A stretch of DNA of 29,202 nucleotides, taken from IMG/VR virus record IMGVR_UViG_3300033067_000848, positions 1-29,202 of that record; one strand, 5' to 3'. Within the stretch, counting starts at the first letter, position 1. Every line of letters starts with the position of its first letter. This DNA is from a virus (taxonomy: Duplodnaviria; Caudoviricetes). Positions 25,249 to 29,202 of the stretch are shown in pieces. The position numbers and the translations under genes were made by a program. The notes beneath the pieces were generated by a model that made no database searches, was not told where the DNA came from, and was given only the letters and a program-made list of their open reading frames with translations.

Positions 25249-25902
25249 TCATGTCTTCGTCGGCGAAGCTCTCGCCGACCTCGAGTCGAACGCGACCCGC
25301 CCAGCCTGCTTGAAGAAGACGGAAACGCCGGCGTCGCGGCCGGCGCGGTCGCTGACGTCAAGGATTTCTACCGTCGGAGTGATTCCTCCGTTTCCGCTCC
25401 ATACCATCCACGCGTAGTCGGTGGCGTCCGTGCCCTTCCCAGTGAACGACGGCCGCTTGGGAAGCACGTACACGCTTGGTGTGTGTGCCCGAAGCCACTC
25501 GGCACGCTTCTGCGATGCGAGCCACGGGAGGCGCAGAAGCATCGCCACGTTGCCACCGGAACTGATGCACTGTTCGTGGGCGCGCTGCACGAACTCCATC
25601 GCAAGCGAGAACGGCGGATTGGTGATGACCCAGTGCGGGCGGCGCCAGTCGATGCTCAATGCGTCTCCAGCTTCGGCCCCCGACAACTCCGCGCGATGCG
25701 GGTCGATCTCGATGCCGCGCACGCTGGTGTTGGGGCACATCTCACGGACGACCTTCATGATCGCGCCGTCACCCGAGCACGGGTCCAGCACGTCATCCTT
25801 GCTTCCGATGAACAGCCTGCGGACGATGGCCCGCGTGCACCATGCTGGTGTGGCGTAGAAGTCGTCTGCCCGACGCACTGGGTTGTGTCCTGTGACGCTC
25901 AT
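25249..25902 (-). CDS. Phage DNA amino-methyltransferase (N6-adenine/N4-cytosine)
   Basis: DFYATP, LDPCSGDG (SAM binding), ITNPPF (catalytic), TDATDYAWMVW. Confidence 0.9.
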   Translation of the reverse strand: MSVTGHNPVRRADDFYATPAWCTRAIVRRLFIGSKDDVLDPCSGDGAIMKVVREMCPNTSVRGIEIDPHRAELSGAEAGDALSIDWRRPHWVITNPPFSLAMEFVQRAHEQCISSGGNVAMLLRLPWLASQKRAEWLRAHTPSVYVLPKRPSFTGKGTDATDYAWMVWSGNGGITPTVEILDVSDRAGRDAGVSVFFKQAGRVAFDSRSARASPTKT

Positions 25903-25940
25903 CTACTTGCCCTCCTCCCCGCTCTCGCTCACCGCGCGCG

Positions 25941-26492
25941 TCACGACTGCACCGCCTTCGCGATCAGCGTCTCGAGGTGCCTTTCCATATCGTCGGCGAG
26001 GCAAGAATTCGCCTCGGCGAGCCCGACGTTGTTCCCGCACGTGTGCACCGCGGCGCGCACGTTCGCGATCTCGTTCATCAGGTCGGCGATCGCAAGGTCG
26101 CGCGAGATCGCCTCGCCGCGCGCCATGACGGGATCCATGAAGCGACGGATCTCGGGGTTGTCGCTGAAGTCGGCGACGAGCTCGCCCGGACCGTTGCCGT
26201 ACACGAGAAGAACGGCGCCGACGATCTTCCCACGCTCCTTCTCGTCGAGCTCGAGGTCGTCACGCACCCTGAAGCGAAGGGTGTCGACGTCCGTCGTTCC
26301 GCACGCGTCGAGGAGCTCGGCGACGTCGGTCGACTTCTTCACCGTCCATTCGCCGCCGTCGTAGAGGGCGGGCGAGGAGATCGGAGAGGGAGCCCGACAG
26401 TGCGGGCAGCGCGAGACGAGGGAGATCGTCAGTCCTTGCGCGATCGCGAGCTCGAGGAGCATCCGGATCGTAGCGGTCTCGTGCGCCTTCAT
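25941..26492 (-). CDS. Hypothetical phage protein with CxxC
   Basis: SD GAAAGG; first gene after a strong promoter; DGGEW...VLLVYGNG..ELVADFSD motif recalled from phage early proteins. Confidence 0.7.
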   Translation of the reverse strand: MKAHETATIRMLLELAIAQGLTISLVSRCPHCRAPSPISSPALYDGGEWTVKKSTDVAELLDACGTTDVDTLRFRVRDDLELDEKERGKIVGAVLLVYGNGPGELVADFSDNPEIRRFMDPVMARGEAISRDLAIADLMNEIANVRAAVHTCGNNVGLAEANSCLADDMERHLETLIAKAVQS

Positions 26493-26536
26493 GATGTTCG
26501 CCTTTCTTCCCGGGGGATCAGCTGTCCGGGGATTCC

Positions 26537-26565
26537 AATGTCACATACCGCGGAACCGATGTCAA
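26537..26565 (-). promoter_or_regulatory. Sigma70-type early promoter TTGACA-N17-GACATT (extended TGn)
   Basis: Consensus -35 and exact 17-nt spacer in a relatively AT-rich intergenic stretch. Confidence 0.75.
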
Positions 26566-26585
26566 ACATCCGCTCGCGCGCCATG

Positions 26586-26622
26586 GAAAGGCGAAACCCC
26601 CGCCCCCCGAAGGGGGCGAGGG
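26586..26622 (-). terminator. Intrinsic terminator downstream of recT
   Basis: CCCTCGCCCCC-TTCG-GGGGGCGGGGG stem with cUUCGg loop followed by TTTCGCCTTT. Confidence 0.75.
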
Positions 26623-26672
26623 CTCGCGGCGCCGAGGAGCTGATCCCTATGGCGAGACCGTAGGATGCCCGA

Positions 26673-28001
26673 TCACTTGGCGATCGTCGAGAGCTTCAGC
26701 TTGTACGCGGCGCCGAGCTCCTTCCGGTCAGCGGTCGGGATCGAATCCCAGCGGGCGATCAGCGCGTCGTACCACGCTCGGATCTCGGGGGTCGTCTTCG
26801 CCGCCTCGAGCTTCGCGAGCTCGCCGGCGAGGAGCTCGCTCGGGGGAGCGGCGACAGGGGCGGGAGCGGGCGGCGGCGGTGTCTCGGCCGGCGGGGCGGG
26901 CGGCGGCTCGTCGTCCTCGGGGGGAGCGTCGGCGGTCGCCTCGACGGGCGGAGGGGGCTCGGGCTCGCCCGCCGCGGGCGCCGAGGGCGCAACGGGCTCG
27001 GGCGGGGGCGGAGCGTTCCCCTTCGCCGCCGCCTTCACCTTCTCCTTCGCCGCCTCGGCGCGCGACTTCTTCGGCGGCTCGGCGGCGGGAGCAGGCGGGG
27101 GAGGGGGCGACGCTTCGGCCGGCGGGGGCGGCGGGGGCGCGCCCTCGCTCGAGCTCGAGGGCTCGCTCGTCGTGGTGAGCTCGGGCACCCTGCTCGCCTC
27201 GGCGATCATCGTGTCGATCGTCTCGTCGCCCGACTCGCGATCGACGATCAGCGCTCGAGTGAACCGATCGGCGGGAGCTTGCAGCGGTCGCTCGGGGTCT
27301 GTCGTGTCTTCCTCGGTCGAGAGCGGAATCTGCTTCGACAGCCGCTTGATCGCGGTCTTCCGGACCATTTCTTCGGGGTGCGTGACCCACGGTCCCGACA
27401 GACCGCGCGGGCTTCGCGCCGACGGGGAAGCGTCGCGGATCTTCCACACCTCGGCGATCGACATCACCTCGATCTGCGGGCGGATGTCCTTGCCTCGCTC
27501 GGCGACCGCGAAGACCTTGCGGAAGTCGCCTCGGTCACCGTCGGCGGGAACGAAGCGCCATCGCTCGCCTTCGTGAGTGTCTTCGTAGTCCCACACGTCG
27601 CGCGCGCGAACGATGCGAGACCGCATCCCCTTGATCACGCCCGTCTGCTCGGCGAGGTGCACGAGACCGCGCCAGCCCGGCCAGAATTGCGCCTCCTTCT
27701 TCCCGATCTTCCCGTTCCATACAGGGATGATGTATCCGTGCCCGAGGGGGGTGTTCGGCTCGAGCCCGAGCTGAGTCGCGGTCATCAGAGCGACGAGCAG
27801 CGATCCTTCCGTGCACTCGAGTAGATCGGGAATGCGCGAGAGCGATCCCGCGAGCAGGCGAACCATACGCTCGGGGGTGACGTGCTTCGGCGCGACTTGC
27901 GCGAGCTTCGCCGAGCTCCTCTCGAAGAGGCGGGTCAGATACTGCACGCGCGTCGGTTCGGGGCGCGTCGTCATGGCTTGCGTGGTCTGTTGGTTCGACA
28001 T
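26673..28001 (-). CDS. recT: RecT-family ssDNA annealing protein with long Pro-rich linker and C-terminal helical domain
   Basis: LLECTEGSL..ALMTATQLGLEPNTPLGHGYIIP, GWRGLVHLA, GPWVTHPEEMVRKTAIKRLSKQIPLS. Confidence 0.93.
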   Translation of the reverse strand: MSNQQTTQAMTTRPEPTRVQYLTRLFERSSAKLAQVAPKHVTPERMVRLLAGSLSRIPDLLECTEGSLLVALMTATQLGLEPNTPLGHGYIIPVWNGKIGKKEAQFWPGWRGLVHLAEQTGVIKGMRSRIVRARDVWDYEDTHEGERWRFVPADGDRGDFRKVFAVAERGKDIRPQIEVMSIAEVWKIRDASPSARSPRGLSGPWVTHPEEMVRKTAIKRLSKQIPLSTEEDTTDPERPLQAPADRFTRALIVDRESGDETIDTMIAEASRVPELTTTSEPSSSSEGAPPPPPPAEASPPPPPAPAAEPPKKSRAEAAKEKVKAAAKGNAPPPPEPVAPSAPAAGEPEPPPPVEATADAPPEDDEPPPAPPAETPPPPAPAPVAAPPSELLAGELAKLEAAKTTPEIRAWYDALIARWDSIPTADRKELGAAYKLKLSTIAK

Positions 28002-28005
28002 GTGA

Positions 28006-29016
28006 TCAAGCTCCTCTCTTCTTCTTCGTGTCCTTCGGTTGCTTCCCATACGAGAAGCGGAAGACCCTCGCTGGATCCCCGCGATGCTCTTCGATCACGC
28101 TCTCGATCGTCTTCTCGGCGACCTCCTTCGACGGCGCGAGAACGGCGTACAAACCCGCGAGAGTCTCGGCGACCCCCTTCCATGAAGGGTTGCCGTGCGC
28201 GTTGCTCTTCCACGTCGCTTCGCCCCATGTTCCGCGGATGCCTTCCGCGTCGGCGATCAGCGATTGGAAGATGGTCTCAAGCTCGCTCTTCCGTGCCTCG
28301 AGCACCTTCAGCCGATCGCGGATCTCGTGAAGCTCTTCGGCCCACGCGATCGTCTCGATCGGCGCGTTCTCGATCATCGGTCCTTCGTGGCGTGGGTAGC
28401 GCGCGCGAAGGAAGGCGCGACTCTCCTCGGTCCCGTCGAGGGGCGGCGAAACCTTCGGCCGAAGGTGCTTCGACACGAAGGCCCAGCCAACGGTCAACAG
28501 GTCGTCGAAGAAGTCGGGATCCCATCGCACGCGGAACATCCTGAAGCGGCTCCCCGCAAGCAACGCGGCGACGTGCGCATCCTCGATCGGTGAACCGTGC
28601 GCGCGCGTGATCCCGATCTGCCACATGACTTGCGCGCGGTAGTCCTCGGGCACGCCCTCTTCGTCGTCGACGTCCCATCGATCGACCATGTTCGGGCCGA
28701 CGTTCTTCAGCTCGACGATCCGGGGCTTCCCCGCGACGAAGCGATCGGGGCTCGCGGTCGCCCAACGGTACGACGGGTGAACGAGCGTCGGCGAGAGCTC
28801 GAGGCGCTCGCCGGTTCGCTTCTCGTACAGCCGCGTGATCAGGGGCTCGGCTTCGCTCCCGATCTCCGCGGCTTCGCTGTCCTCCGGGTCGAAGCCTTCG
28901 ACCTTGGTCCGGTACACCCCGATCGGTCCGCCGAAGCTCGAGAGCCCGGCGATCTTCGGAATGTCGCTCGATCCGATCGTGTCGGCCCGCGCCTTCTTCT
29001 GTTCGGCGGTCAACAT
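28006..29016 (-). CDS. YqaJ/lambda-exonuclease family recombination nuclease
   Basis: IGSSDIPKIAGLS, ATASPD, IVELKN, YRAQVMWQI; adjacent to recT. Confidence 0.93.
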   Translation of the reverse strand: MLTAEQKKARADTIGSSDIPKIAGLSSFGGPIGVYRTKVEGFDPEDSEAAEIGSEAEPLITRLYEKRTGERLELSPTLVHPSYRWATASPDRFVAGKPRIVELKNVGPNMVDRWDVDDEEGVPEDYRAQVMWQIGITRAHGSPIEDAHVAALLAGSRFRMFRVRWDPDFFDDLLTVGWAFVSKHLRPKVSPPLDGTEESRAFLRARYPRHEGPMIENAPIETIAWAEELHEIRDRLKVLEARKSELETIFQSLIADAEGIRGTWGEATWKSNAHGNPSWKGVAETLAGLYAVLAPSKEVAEKTIESVIEEHRGDPARVFRFSYGKQPKDTKKKRGA

Positions 29017-29201
29017 CGATCGCGACCCCCCATGACCGCGTCGAGCTCCTTCTCCCGCTCGGCGAGGCGAGAGAGCGCGCCGAAGGCGTCACGCGCCCCC
29101 CGAAGCCCTCGAGCGAGCTCGCCGGCGAACGTCGACGATCGGACGGCCGCGTGCTCGGCGAGCTCCTTCCCCCTCTTCGTCGCGGCGAGCTCCTCGACGA
29201 G
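29010..29201 (-). CDS. C-terminal part of a hypothetical protein (truncated by window edge)
   Basis: Open frame LVEELAATKRGKELAEH...ELDAVMGGRDRC* overlapping the YqaJ start. Confidence 0.55.
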   Translation of the reverse strand, partial: LVEELAATKRGKELAEHAAVRSSTFAGELARGLRGARDAFGALSRLAEREKELDAVMGGRDRC

Positions 29202-29202
29202 C

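Larger units (their letters stand above)
1..29202. mobile_element. Tailed phage/prophage segment: Mu-like head plus contractile tail (myovirus morphotype), lysis genes and a RecT/YqaJ early block
   Basis: Unbroken run of tightly packed, often start/stop-overlapping phage morphogenesis ORFs on + and phage recombination ORFs on -; no host housekeeping genes. Confidence 0.95.

Noticed and set aside
25070-25252. Short minus-strand ORFs (a 34-aa ORF from ATG 25252 and others)
   Set aside because: All frames are short or interrupted; cannot choose a gene, possibly a decayed remnant
26665-27576. Gly-rich 303-aa plus-strand ORF
   Set aside because: Mirror of the Pro-rich RecT linker on the opposite strand
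1-29202. CRISPR array, tRNA, diversity-generating retroelement, invertible fibre cassette, integrase/att or transposase
   Set aside because: No regularly spaced repeats, cloverleaf, reverse transcriptase motif, template/variable repeat pair or recombinase seen by eye; not verified computationally

Overview
The whole window is a segment of a very GC-rich tailed phage or prophage genome. No integrase, att site or host gene is visible. The codon style (CTC/TCG/GAG-rich, abundant CTCGAG/GAGCTC/CGATCG) suggests a Polyangiales/Myxococcota-like host, which is inference only. Positions 1-23048 (+) form the late operon. It holds a Mu-like head module (portal C-terminus, MuF, protease/scaffold, cement protein, gpT-type capsid, gp35/gp36/gpG-like), a contractile tail (sheath, tube, chaperone, tape measure, baseplate, fibres) and a lysis cassette. 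Positions 23070-29202 (-) form a convergent early block with a DEDDh exonuclease, small ORFs, an NPPF DNA methyltransferase, RecT and a YqaJ exonuclease. The most notable observations are: (i) an RcGTA-like head-spike base/fibre cassette inserted between portal and MuF; (ii) a MuF-zincin fusion followed by a small acidic candidate immunity gene; (iii) a recurrent -35/N17/-10 promoter motif, several copies spaced for leaderless mRNAs; (iv) a pseudoknot-capable structured RNA before the tail chaperone gene; (v) a tail-module gene with an optional lipoprotein signal peptide; (vi) an atypical five-gene lysis cassette. All family calls come from motif recognition by eye plus synteny; no database searches were run.
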